From assembly GCA_003344405.1 (NCBI GenBank), contig NOWV01000161.1, forward strand, positions 1 to 64,000: 64,000 nucleotides of DNA, in the 5' to 3' direction. Below, in pieces: positions 1 through 16,119 of the stretch. A model generated the notes under the pieces. It ran no database searches. It was not told the origin of the DNA and saw only the letters and a program-made list of their open reading frames with translations. Within the stretch, counting starts at the first letter, position 1. Every line of letters starts with the position of its first letter. The stretch comes from Trichoplax sp. H2 (lineage: Eukaryota). A program made the position numbers and the translations under genes.

Positions 1-1088
1 AGACTAGCGGATTTACACCGCTTGCTAATGCTGAAGCTCAAGTACATTTTACTGCTTATGTGATTGTGATGGTTATAGCTATCCCTGCTAATATAGTCAC
101 TATTTTTTCTTTTATCATCGATCGTACATTGTGTACCAATTTTAATCTCTTCTTGCTTAACATGGCTTTCATCGATTTGTTGACCAGTTTATTTCGCATC
201 GGTTTCAACGCTTTCTGTATTGCCACTATTGGAAATTCCACATGGCCATATGGTCAGCCACTATGTGATTTTGACGGATTTATACAATGCGTTGTCTATG
301 CCGCTAACATTTACACTCTCATGGTTATAGCAGTTTGCCGTTATATAGCAATTGTTCATTCCAAACAGCATTTAATTACCAAAAAAGTTGTCTGTATTAT
401 TATTGCTATCATTTGGGCCTTTAGTTCCCTGTGTTCGGTCTTTCCTATCATGGGTTGGAATCGATTTCGCTATCAACCTTACGAGCACGCTTGCGTGCCT
501 GATTGGTCTTATGAGAAGAGCTTTCCTTTTTATGTTATGGCTACCGAATTTGTTCTCCCAATGATAATTTTACTTTACTGTTACACCGGAATATTTATCA
601 ACCTAAGGAGAAATTCATTTCGAATGCGTACTGTTTCAGAATTGAACAGTGGCAATAATGAGGCCATGAAGAAAATAGCCCAGCGTGAGGGAAAGGTTTC
701 TCGTGGCATGTTTATCATCTTCTTAGCCTTCGTCATTTGTTTTGCACCATATAGCATATGTATGTTTCTATTAAAACCTGTATTCAATATTGAATTAAAC
801 AGGGGTTTGGTCTTCTTTTGCGGATTTATGGCCAATGTGAATAGCTTACTGAATCCTATTATTTATGCTATCTTGTATAAACGCTTTCGGCAAGCTTACT
901 ATCAAGTGCTGTGCTATTGCTACAGTAAATTAACATTCAGCTCTTTAGTGGATCATGCAGGATGCAATCGCAATCACGGATTGCGATCATCAGAAATGGG
1001 TGTCATCGAAAATAATAACGCCAATCATTCTACCAGTCCATCTATGAAAGCTTCTAATGATGATGGTAAAAAATATCAAGTGTTTTAG
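1..1088 (+). CDS. Class A (rhodopsin-like) GPCR, copy 1; 5' end lies outside the window
   Basis: Seven hydrophobic segments, TM3 CRY (DRY variant), ECL1 WPYG..LC, TM6 CFAPY, TM7 NPIIY. Bases from position 1 match copy 2 from about 6162. Stop at 1086-1088 follows a 2-nt deletion relative to copy 2. Confidence 0.92.
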   Translation, partial: TSGFTPLANAEAQVHFTAYVIVMVIAIPANIVTIFSFIIDRTLCTNFNLFLLNMAFIDLLTSLFRIGFNAFCIATIGNSTWPYGQPLCDFDGFIQCVVYAANIYTLMVIAVCRYIAIVHSKQHLITKKVVCIIIAIIWAFSSLCSVFPIMGWNRFRYQPYEHACVPDWSYEKSFPFYVMATEFVLPMIILLYCYTGIFINLRRNSFRMRTVSELNSGNNEAMKKIAQREGKVSRGMFIIFLAFVICFAPYSICMFLLKPVFNIELNRGLVFFCGFMANVNSLLNPIIYAILYKRFRQAYYQVLCYCYSKLTFSSLVDHAGCNRNHGLRSSEMGVIENNNANHSTSPSMKASNDDGKKYQVF

Positions 1089-1447
1089 TTTCATCTACAA
1101 CAAAGAGGACATTCCTCATTCCAGGCACTCGCCCTTGAAATGAGCAGCGCGAGGGTATTTATACTACTGTACTGTTAAATGACTTTGATTATGGGTTCAT
1201 TTCAATAGCTCAGTATAAGATTCTTACAGTACTTTTTACCTCAAGATTTCTTCATGTAAAACGAATAGATCTAAGGTAGTCATTTCTGCAGAGTACTGAT
1301 TATTAAAATAGTATTTGTTATATCGCTAAGGGTGGCCACTAGGCCTTTAAATTTTGATTTCATGTAATATTCTGATGAAAATTGAATAAACATAAAATCT
1401 TTATAGAGTTTTCTACACAGCCATTCTGATTGTTACATTTTCTTATA

Positions 1448-2299
1448 ACAGTTACTATCGACAGAGCAAGCTTTGCTTGCATACTCAAGCGATCCTTAGA
1501 CACATTATAATGATTGGTATAGAATTGACCACAGTACTAAGGACATTGAACCGCACTGTAGATATCTTACAGTACCTGTTAATCTTGACTTGGTATGTCC
1601 ATCACCGTACATTAGTTATCGTAATGTGCTTTGGACTATTAACTAATCTTAATATAACATAGTACATTACTATTACAGGGATATATATATATAATACTAT
1701 CTGTTAATTTTATTAACAAATTGAGCATAAACGTATATTTGACAGTTTCGTTTACCAACCTTAACATAGCATTAATACTGTATATAGTAACCATCCTTAT
1801 TCGGTAAACATACTAATACGAAAGTTACTTAACGAAATTTGAATTGGTATAGAAATGAATGATCTCTAGGGTTTATGTAAATATTATTGAGAAGGTAGAA
1901 GCGATTGATACACATCAGGAGGTACTATTNNNNNNNNNNNNNNNNNNNNTAACGGTTACTATCGACAGAGCAAGCTTTGCTTGCATACTCAAGCGATCCT
2001 TAGACACATTATAATGATTGGTATAGAATTGACCACAGTACTAAGGACATTGAACCGCACTGTAGATATCTTACAGTACCTGCTAATCTTGACTTGGTAT
2101 GTCTATCACCGTACATTAGTTATCGTAATGTGCTTTTAGCATTAATACTGTATATAGTAACCATCCTTATTCGGTAAACATACTAATACGAAAGTTACTT
2201 AACGAAATTTGAATTGGCATAGAAATGAATGATCTCTAGGGTTTATGTAAATATTATTGAGAAGGTAGAAGTGATTGATACACATCAGGAGGTACTATT
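1448..2299 (+). repeat. Duplicated sequence flanking the 20-N gap (1448-1929 vs 1950-2299)
   Basis: Same sequence on both sides of the Ns at 1930-1949, with about 5 substitutions and a ~130-bp deletion in the right copy. Confidence 0.85.
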
Positions 2300-2363
2300 A
2301 GTTCTATTGCTCTCATGCAATTCGTAGTGTTACCCTACTGTAGTTCCCCTGTCCCGGTTATTT

Positions 2364-2790
2364 TTGATTGCTATATATCATATAACAAAAAGTGTTTCTA
2401 AGAGGATAATGTCAGTTAGTCAACGATCTGATAGGCGAAAGCGAAGTGAACAACGTGGAAATACACGATCAGTACGTACATTAAATCAATCTGTAAGTCA
2501 TATCAGGAATTCTGAAGTAGATAGTACTCCTAGAGATCAAAATCAGCCAGCAGGTAATCGTAGCAGAAACTATCATCATCGCCAATTACATCGAATAGGA
2601 AGATTAGGTGATATTGACTCGATAGCAACAATCGATGATTTTGTACCTGCTCAGCATACATGCGGCTATATGAACCATTCCTGCAGTTACTGCAATGCAC
2701 AAATGTAGTACTTTTGTACAGCATACAGTACACGGTAAAAAGTTACTGAACCTCTGACAGGTCTATCAAATGGTAATACTATGACTGTTA
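2364..2790 (+). pseudogene. Remnant of a Helitron RepHel N-terminal zinc-finger region
   Basis: HTCGYMNHSCSYCNAQM* resembles the recalled RepHel H..G.M...C.xC.A motif; EPLTGLSNG follows downstream of the stop. Confidence 0.6.
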
Positions 2791-2865
2791 AATGAGCACA
2801 ATATCGTAAACCGTCAGCAAAGCGACGGGAGTTTGCACTAGTAGATAGCGAAATAAATGGAAATA

Positions 2866-3433
2866 TGTAATGTAACTAGTATTGTGATTGTAGACTGTTA
2901 GCCATGTTTAGTATAATGTACGGTAGATATTTATCCTAAGTGATATTTGGTAGCTATAACTATAGACTGTAGTGGTATAGACACTCTAATAGACACTATG
3001 CTAGAGTACAGATGACTATATACAGTAAGGTGTTGAGTTACTAATAAGGCTATACGTAAAAATAGAAATGTAAATCATATATTAGGATATGGTTAATTCA
3101 TTGTACTTTGGCTGGAGTGAATAATATCTACGTAAGTACAGTACTGTAGTCTTATCCATATTGGATTAATGATGGTCCGCAGTAGAATAGTCTTACTAAG
3201 AATAATTTAACTAAGTGTAAAATAAGGTAAAAGGTTGCCATGCGGATTGTAGCTGCGAATGCTAAGGAAAGTATAAAAGCATACAACTTTAGATTATTCT
3301 GTTAGTTCGTTCTAGAAGTCTTTAGTACTAGTATTCGGCTAAAGTAGAGTTGTGTGTAGTTAATCTTTGTATAAGATTCAATAAAGCCGTTATTTTTCTA
3401 AAATTTGGAATCTCGTGATTGGTATATATCACA
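2866..3433 (+). mobile_element. Solo LTR, 568 bp, 5-bp TSD AAATA
   Basis: TGT...ACA termini, AAATA at 2861-2865 and 3434-3438, absent from copy 2, internal TATAAAA (~3273) and AATAAA (~3380). Confidence 0.85.
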
Positions 3434-6133
3434 AAATATTAAATTCAAATTCAAATGCATATCTATAGATATTGCTTGTATCGCAATTGTACATTTATGG
3501 AGCGGTGCTATTTATTAGCTAGACTGGATAAAATTCGGTCAAACATTAACTATCTTTTCTATCCGAAATTCATCGAAATAGTAATTGTATGAATTATAAA
3601 CAAAACATTTTGCTAATCCAAGAAGTTTCATCATCAAGTGCATATTTAATTTCTACATATTTAATGCCTCGGATCGGTCAGAGGAAATTAAAAATTATTC
3701 TGTATTATATAAATTGAAAAGTACTGCTTTAACTAACTAGCTAATCATTTATGGCCATTTTCAAATATTATGAATTACAAGTTAAATTCAGATTTGCGAT
3801 ATACTGTAAAAACTGATAGTACCAGTGCTATATTTTAAATGAATAAGTATAATAGAAGTACCATTGAATTATTCATTGCATCGAAATATATTGCAAATCA
3901 ATGTTGACAAAATAGCGTAAGGTAGTTGTTGGAAACTCTAGGATTTTATTTCGTCATTAGCGTTGATTTTATTATCTGATTCTAGTTAGTAGTTTCTTCC
4001 TAACTATCAAAATTCACACACGCGATATTTCTACTGTTTGCCTTCTATCTTGCCGTTCAGAATTTTTCCTTTTCTGGTTCTTAAATCAATTTTTCTAGTA
4101 ATTTTTTTGGCAAAGTTGCTTTAATGCATCATGTACATACTGAGCCGTTTAATATTGTTGGTAGTACTGATTTTCCATTAATTCTTGGATATTGATTAGG
4201 TATGGTACTATTGATTATACAGCAGCCTTTGTAGTATTAATACTTCTATCTAATAGGATCGGTATATTCATATATTCGTATTAGTAACTTACTACGCTTA
4301 TTTATCTTATTCAATAAAACTGAGATATAAAGGTAAGGATATATGATAGTTATTAACGCGTAAATTTTCGTGATATCCACTTCGCTAAATGAACTAACTC
4401 TATTCTATTTTCTGATAGAGAATATTTCTCAGCTAACCGGATTTCAAATAATTGAAAATAGAATTGAAATTATAATTATTATTATGCTATTTTCGTATTA
4501 GTAGCCTTGTCAAGGGAACAACTCTGTTTGTATTTAGAAACTATTACCCATCTTACCCAATGACTAGACCACTCTTTCAGTGGCGTAGCAAGTTTTCTGT
4601 AGTGGTTGAAAGCTATTCAGCTATAGTGCAGCCTTTAATTCGATCTTTTAAATTTTCAAGGTATTTATATTTAATTTAGCTCATATTCCCCGTAAACAGA
4701 TCATTTTCACCGTGGGCAATTAGCTCCCGATGTTTTTGTTCATTTTTACCGCAGTATTAAGCAACTTTATGTCTTTAAAATTTCTAATGCAAACCAACGG
4801 TCACTGGTAAATGTACACTGTACAGTCAATTCAACCAGTATACAAGTTACGCTGTAATAGTGGTCTATATAATTTGAATATGAGATTAAAATTAATATTG
4901 CCTTTTTACTCAATTTGCAATGCTAACTATTCTAAATCATAGCTAGCCCAGTTTCTATTTAGAAACCAGTGCTTACTGTGACCATTATAATGAAAATATA
5001 GAATTAAGATTATAGTTATCTACGAACTATTTATTATGCTTATTTCAATACAGAAACAATTATTTATCTTACCTATTTTAATGAGGATATTAGAAATTGA
5101 GATTATATCGTAGTTTTCAGTAAGTTATTTTTCGTGATACGTGTACGCATACTGTATAAGGGACCTGTCACAAACTTCGTTTGTTACTATGAATTCTTCT
5201 TCCATGATTACCTGTAAAACCTTCTACCGTATTATAAATCTACTACCAAGCGTCAATACTTTCACTACCTTGACGAAGGACCTTAGTCAACAGTAAGAGC
5301 TAGTTTAGAAGTTTACTAGGTAATATTACAGAAGCTATCTTTATTCAACTGTCGTTCCACTCCACAGCTTAAATTACTATCCTCTCTTTTTTAAGTACAA
5401 ATGCGCTTACTTATATGCTTGTGCCAAGCCCCACCTGTACAATCTATTCATTATTTCCTATACCGTAATATAGTCTTTTTCTGAACACATGTAATTATAT
5501 CTGTTTCTGTCCTCTATTATTAAAATATGCAAATTGCTGTATGATTTAAATAACAAAGAATATTGTTAGTAAAGGAGTAATTGTACTGAAAATTAGTAAA
5601 GTTAGTATTGGAAATTCTCCTATACCCACTATTAGTGTAAGGTATCAAAATTATCGGATACAGTACTCAGCCGTGTAAGCGAAAGTTTTATAGAAATTGC
5701 TCTAAATTGAAAGGGCTAAATATTGATAGCATTGGATAAATAGCTACGAAATCTCTGCAAGATATTCCGCCTAAAGTATTCAAACAATTTTAAAGATTGA
5801 CGACGTGATTACTAGTATTGTATACTGAAAAGAATACTGACATAGCTAATTATCAAATTGCTACTACGAAGAAAAATGATTAAGTATTAATCGGTTAAAA
5901 TTTTAAAGATATAGACTTGGTTACAACTTCAACGGTTTACATAGCAATTGAAAAAGCACTTTATATAAATCAAAGCTATACAATATTACTTTATTGTAGA
6001 TTAACAGCTTGTTTTGATGTAATTTATTTCCTTCTCATTAAAGACTAAATTTACTTGATCTGTGTAAAAAGAATCAGATACAATATTCTTGTTTTCAAGG
6101 CCTGCTATTGAAAAGGATTAAAACACGAGTATA

Positions 6134-7288
6134 ATGTCTAATCATAGCCTTAGCTTAAATCAGACTAGCGGATTTACACCGCTTGCTAATGCTGAAGCTC
6201 AAGTACATTTTACTGCTTATGTGATTGTGATGGTTATAGCTATCCCTGCTAATATAGTCACTATTTTTTCTTTTATCATCGATCGTACATTGTGTACCAA
6301 TTTTAATCTCTTCTTGCTTAACATGGCTTTCATCGATTTGTTGACCAGTTTATTTCGCATCGGTTTCAACGCTTTCTGTATTGCCACTATTAGAAATTCT
6401 ACATGGCCATATGGTCAGCCACTATGTGATTTTGACGGATTTATACAAGGCGTTGTCTTTGCCGCTAATGTTTACACTCTCATGGTTATAGCAGTTTGCC
6501 GTTATATAGCAATTGTTCATTCCAAGCAGCATTTAATTACAAAAAAAGTCGTCTATATTATTATTGTTATCATTTGGGCCTTTAGTTCCCTGTGTTCGGT
6601 CTTTCCTATCATAGGTTGGAATCGATATCGCTATCAACCTTATGAGCACGCTTGCTTGCCTGATTGGTCTTATGAGAAGAGCTATCCTATTTATATTATG
6701 GCTACCGAATTTGTTCTCCCAATGATAATTTTACTTTACTGTTACACCGGAATATTTATCAACCTAAGGAGAAATTCATTCCGAATGCGTACTGTTTCAG
6801 AATTGAACAGTGGCAATAATGAGGCCATGAAGAAAATAGCCCAGCGTGAGGGAAAGGTTACTCGTGGCATGTTTATCATCTTCTTAGCCTTCGTCATTTG
6901 TTTTGCACCATATAGTGTATGTATGTTTCTATTAGCTTCTGCATTTAATATTCCCATAGACAAGGGTTTGATGTTCTTTTGCGGATTTATGGCCAATGTG
7001 AATAGCTTACTGAATCCTATTATTTATGCTATCTTGTATAAACGCTTTCGGCAAGCTTACTATCGGGTGCTGTGTTGTTGCTGCAGTAAATTAACATTCA
7101 GCTCTTCATCGGATCATGCAGGATGCAGTAGCAATCACGGATTACGATCATTAGCAATGGGTGCCACCGAAAATAAGAAAGCCAATCATTCTACCAGTCC
7201 ATCTATGAAAACTTCTAATTATGGCAGTAAAAAATATCGAAGGCGTTTTAGTTTCATCTACAACGAAGAGGACATTAATAATAGATAA
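6134..7288 (+). CDS. Class A GPCR, copy 2 (384 aa, intronless; opsin/melatonin-receptor-like, no Schiff-base lysine)
   Basis: Complete ORF with N-terminal sequons NHS and NQT, CRY, GWNRYRYQPYEHACLPDW, CFAPY, NSLLNPIIY and a Cys cluster after helix 8. Confidence 0.93.
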   Translation: MSNHSLSLNQTSGFTPLANAEAQVHFTAYVIVMVIAIPANIVTIFSFIIDRTLCTNFNLFLLNMAFIDLLTSLFRIGFNAFCIATIRNSTWPYGQPLCDFDGFIQGVVFAANVYTLMVIAVCRYIAIVHSKQHLITKKVVYIIIVIIWAFSSLCSVFPIIGWNRYRYQPYEHACLPDWSYEKSYPIYIMATEFVLPMIILLYCYTGIFINLRRNSFRMRTVSELNSGNNEAMKKIAQREGKVTRGMFIIFLAFVICFAPYSVCMFLLASAFNIPIDKGLMFFCGFMANVNSLLNPIIYAILYKRFRQAYYRVLCCCCSKLTFSSSSDHAGCSSNHGLRSLAMGATENKKANHSTSPSMKTSNYGSKKYRRRFSFIYNEEDINNR

Positions 7289-8639
7289 CGAAATAGATGG
7301 AAATTTTAAATTCAAATTCAAATGCAAATCTATAGATATTGAATGTATCGCAATTGCACATTTATGGAGCGGTGCTATTTATTGGCTGGACTGGATAAAA
7401 TTCAGTGAAAAATTGGCTATCTTTTCTATCCGAAATTCATCGAAATAGTAATTTTATGAATTATAAACAAAAACATTTTGCTAATCCAAGAAGTTTCATC
7501 ATCAAGTGCATATTTAATTTCTATATATTTAATACCTCGGATCGGTCAGAGGAAATTAAAAATTATTCTGTATTATATAAATTGAAAAGTACTGCTTCTA
7601 GTTAGTAGTTTCATCCTAACTATCAAAATTCACACATGCGATGTTTCTACTACTTACCTTCTATCTTGCCGTTCAGAATTTCTCCTTTTCTGGTTCTTAG
7701 TTTAATTTTTCTAGTAATTTTTTTTGGAAAGTTGATTTAATGTATCGTGTACATACTGAGCCGTTTAATGTTGTTGGTAGTACTAACTTCCCATTAATTC
7801 TTGGACATTGATTAGGTATGGTACTATTGATTACTCAGCAGTCTTTGTAGTACTAACAATTTTATCTAATAGGATCGGTATATTCGTATATTTGTATTAG
7901 TAACTTACTATGGTTATCTTAATTTGTTTGCAAGTATAAAAGAGCATCTGAAAGTACCGGTATCTATTTGTCAAATTTTATTTTAGTGATACAATGTCGT
8001 CATATTGTAGATTTTATCATCGAAATACTGCTCGTACGTATACAGCAGATATACAATAATCTTTCCTTATTCTACTTGTATTAAAATTATGATATCACCT
8101 AGCGTAAGAGTATGCTTTTTGCCAATCTAGGATATCATTTGGTTAGAATATCATTCATGGCCGAGGAGATACGGTATTCATTAGCTTATTTGAACATTTT
8201 TCTTTGACCTTAGCATGCTACTTTGTAAAATAAGGATTGCCTGCGATTTGAATGCAAAAGCTGTTACTACAAGTGCGTTTTGGCTATTTTTAAGAATAGA
8301 TTCGGTCTTAGGAATGTCCGTAGTCAATCTTAAGAATTTGGCCTTAATTAAACATGGTCGGACATTACTATCACTTTTACGAAAACAGATTGAAAAGGTG
8401 TTACTGTATATTCTTTCGGTTAGTTACTAAGACATTTTTGATTGTAATATATATATATTCGAATAGAATCAATTTCAAATTGGTACAAGTGTATGAAATG
8501 TTCAGTAAATCTGATTATGATGTTACGATATGATCGTTTGAAGCATATGATATCATGAATTAATAAAAATTATGACAATCTATGTCTTAACAATTTCGTA
8601 ACAAAAAATTGATGTACCAACTTTGTGTATGGCCCATAT

Positions 8640-10900
8640 AAAATGAGTATAATTATAATACAATACTTAATATGAACTGTAGTAAATGGACTAACTCTAT
8701 CTTTATTTAGAAAGTATTATCTTATTCCATATAGTTATTATATAAAGTCGAAGTTTTTAAGCATTATCACGCATTTTTTCGTCACAGTACCGTAATCTTG
8801 GCCATGAATTAGCTTCGTTCCTATTTAGAAAATTCTGCTTACTGCAGCTAATACGATTAAGATATGAAGCTGATTTTCTACAGTAGCTATCAGTACCTAA
8901 TTTTCGTAATATTACTTGGCTGAATGAAATACGTATAATTTTATTTCTGCTTGGAAAATATATTTATCTTATTCAATAAAACTGAGATATAAAAGGATAT
9001 ATGATAGTTATTAACGCGTAAATTTTCGTGATATCCACTTCGCTAAATGAACTAACTCTATTCTATTTTCTGATAGAGAATATTTCTCAGCTAACCAGAT
9101 TTCAAATAATTGAAAATAGAATTGAAATTATAATTATTATTATTATGCTATTTTCGCATTAGTAGTCTTGTCAAGGGAATAACTCTGTTTATATTTAGAA
9201 ACTATTACCCATCTTACCCAATGACTAGACCACTCTTTCAGTGGCGTAGCAAGCTTTCTGTAGTGGTTGAAAGTTATTCAGATATAGTGCAGCCTTTAAT
9301 TCGATCTTTTAAATTTTCAAGGTATTTACATTCAATTTAGCTCATATTCCCCATAAACAGATCATTTCCACCGTGGGCAATTAGCTCCCGATGTTTTTGT
9401 TCATTTTTACCGCAGTATTGAGCAACTTTATGTCTTTAAAATTTCTAATGCAAACCAACGGTCACTGGTAAATGTACACTGTACAGTCAATTCAACCAGT
9501 ATACAAGCTACGCTGTAATAGTGGTCTATACAGTATAATTTGGATATGAGATTAAAATTAATATTGCCTTTTTACTCAATCTGCAATGCTAACTATTCTA
9601 AATCATAGCTAGCCCAGTTTCTATTTAGAAACCAGTGCTTACTGTGACCATTATAATGAAAATATAGAATTAAGATTATAGTTATCTACGAACTATTTAT
9701 TATGCTTATTTCAATACAGAAACAATTTATTATCTTACCTATTTTAATGAGGATATTAGAAATTGAGATTATATCGTAGTTTTCAGTAAGCTATTTTTCG
9801 TGATACGCGTACGCATACTGTATAAGGGACCTGTCACAAATTTCGTTTGTTACTATGAATTCTCTTCTTCCATGATTACCTGTAAAACCTTCTACCGTAT
9901 TATAAATCTGCTACCAAGCGTCAATACTTTCACTACCTTGACGAAGGACCTTAGTCAACAGTAAGAGTTATTCTAGAAGTTTACTAGGTAATATTACAGA
10001 AGCTATCTTTATTCAACTGTCGTTCCACTCCACAGCTTAAATTACTATCCTCTCTTTTTTAAGTACAAATGCGCTTACTTATATGCTTGTGCCAAGCCCC
10101 ACCTGTACAATCTATTCATTATTTCCTATACCGTAATATAGTCTTTTTCTGTGCACATGTAATTATATCAATTATTCCAGAACATATACATGTGTTAAAC
10201 AATATATTACGTGCCAACTTAAATCAGCTTAGTGCCTAACAGATTGCATAAATGTGTGACAATTGCCATTTTGATTATTACCCGTATTTTGCATAGTACT
10301 TAACCTAAATCTACACAGTCGCTAATGGAAATCCATTATCGGTTGAATATTACAATTTTACCATAATATTTACAACTATCTATTTCTAAATCAATTTACA
10401 TTATCACGTTTACTATCTTAAACCATAACAGTATCTTACTAAAGAGTCAATATTTTTTACAAAATATTTACTTATCTACTTACTTTTCCAGCTATAATTT
10501 AAATAGAAATTGAGATTATAGTATTGGGTATGCTATTTTCTGTTATATATGTTATATATGAATGGCTACTAAAAGAACTAATTGGAATTCACTTCGAAAA
10601 ATACCAGTATTTGCTTGCCTTACACAATAGAATCCATTTATAAAATCGATGTTATAGTTATCAGCATGCAATTTTTCGTAATTTCACCTTTTCCAAATTC
10701 TTTTTTAATCCTATTTCTAATTAGCAAGCTTATTTTATCTATTCCAATTAAGATATAGGCCTACGTTTCTAGTTAGCAACAAGCAATTTTTTTGCTATGT
10801 ATGGGTACAAGTACTTTGCAATTTGGACCGTTTCTACTCCTCGTTAGAAATATGAGTCTATTTTCTTCCTTTGCTAAATTGATTTCAGCTAATTTCAGTA
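8640..10900. repeat. Highly degenerate ~120-bp tandem repeat (partial copy at ~4290-5140)
   Basis: Recurring anchors TTTTCG (~8777, 8902, 9023, 9151) and TATTTAGAAA (~8704, 8822, 9193, 9622), and GATTATAGTTATC-like words. Confidence 0.5.
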
Positions 10901-11402
10901 GCTATATGCTTTAAAATATAACAAGTATTAGGCTAAAAAATAAATAGTATCGTTAGCAGCAGCCATTTTTACTATTTTAACCTAATTTTGTATCATAGAC
11001 CGATGCATGTTTGTACTGTTAGCTGGGAAGTCCTTTAGCGAGACAATACACTATATCATGCGGTGATGTATGGGACAGTATAGTACGTCTTACACATACA
11101 TGTCATATGATGTAAAATAAATGACACTCTGTTATATCATCTTGACTGTGGTATAGTATACATTAGATTAGCGAAAAAGTCAAAAGTATGACAAAGAGTT
11201 TTGCATTTTGTGTCGCCACGAGCACCCTACTCTACTGTTCTGTACATCACCTAAAACCCATAGAAAAGCTTATTGCAATAACATCGTAAGCATAGAAGTA
11301 ATCCTAACCACCAGCGAGACGTTAGTGGCATGGACTAGATTATACTAGGAGTCAACAGCAGTGGAGAAGATCGGCGGACAGCTCCTGCAGATTTCATCAA
11401 CT

Positions 11403-15597
<4,195 letters not shown>

Positions 15598-16119
15598 TCC
15601 AGACAAGCTATCCTTTCTGTTATGAAAAATTTTAATCACAATATTTTTGTAAAACTTTCGACAGGATAAGTAGCAAATTAATAAGGCAATATAAGAATAT
15701 ATCTGTAATATAAAGATATACTGTCATAAGGGTTAAATGTTAATTGATCTTTGTGAGCATGCAAATTTTAAATTTGACTACCATTGTTTGCAATGAACTT
15801 AATACAAGGATTCTATTAAACAAATTTGATCGATGTCATTCCCCATTTTAAACATACATTGTAGATAAGAAGTAAAATCACTTAATTTGGGCACGCAACT
15901 AAATTTTAAGCTGTAAGTCCAATCGGTTGACGTTAGTAGTAATTTATGTAATTACGCAATGCCGATCATTAATAAAATAAATAAAAGCCATCTGCAAATA
16001 TAGTCGGCATTATACAACCAACTCTCTCGTGTTGTTTTACTCTACTATAACTGTAAATCGATTTAAGGAGCACATATTCCATATTAAGATATTCTTAGCA
16101 TAATAAGTTGATTCATGTT

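Larger units (their letters stand above)
1113..2841 (+). mobile_element. Non-autonomous Helitron-like element
   Basis: Absent from the paralogous site in copy 2. Begins TC and ends CTAG followed by T. Subterminal hairpin CCGTC(A)GC-AAA-GCGACGG about 13 nt before the end. No target-site duplication. Contains a RepHel-like ORF remnant. Confidence 0.8.
1..10168 (+). repeat. Tandem segmental duplication: copy 1 <1-~5500, copy 2 ~5501-10168
   Basis: Near-identical blocks: 1-1112/6162-7275, 3434-3729/~7300-7598, 3980-4295/7598-7912, 4300-5500/8962-10168. Similarity ends after CACATGTAATTATATC. Confidence 0.93.

Noticed and set aside
1448..2299. Real tandem duplication inside the Helitron
   Set aside because: The two copies abut a 20-N scaffold gap, so unmerged overlapping contig ends or haplotypes are the simpler explanation.
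3729..3979. MITE in copy 1
   Set aside because: One arm of the weak inverted repeat is retained in copy 2 and there is no TSD; treated as a plain indel.
6134..7288. Bona fide light-sensing opsin
   Set aside because: The K296-equivalent residue is Asn, so no Schiff base can form there.
7912..8960. Transposon insertion in copy 2 with TTATCTTA as an 8-bp TSD
   Set aside because: No terminal inverted repeats, the copy-1 junction is not a clean empty site, and the segment continues the local degenerate repeat; a deletion in copy 1 is more likely.
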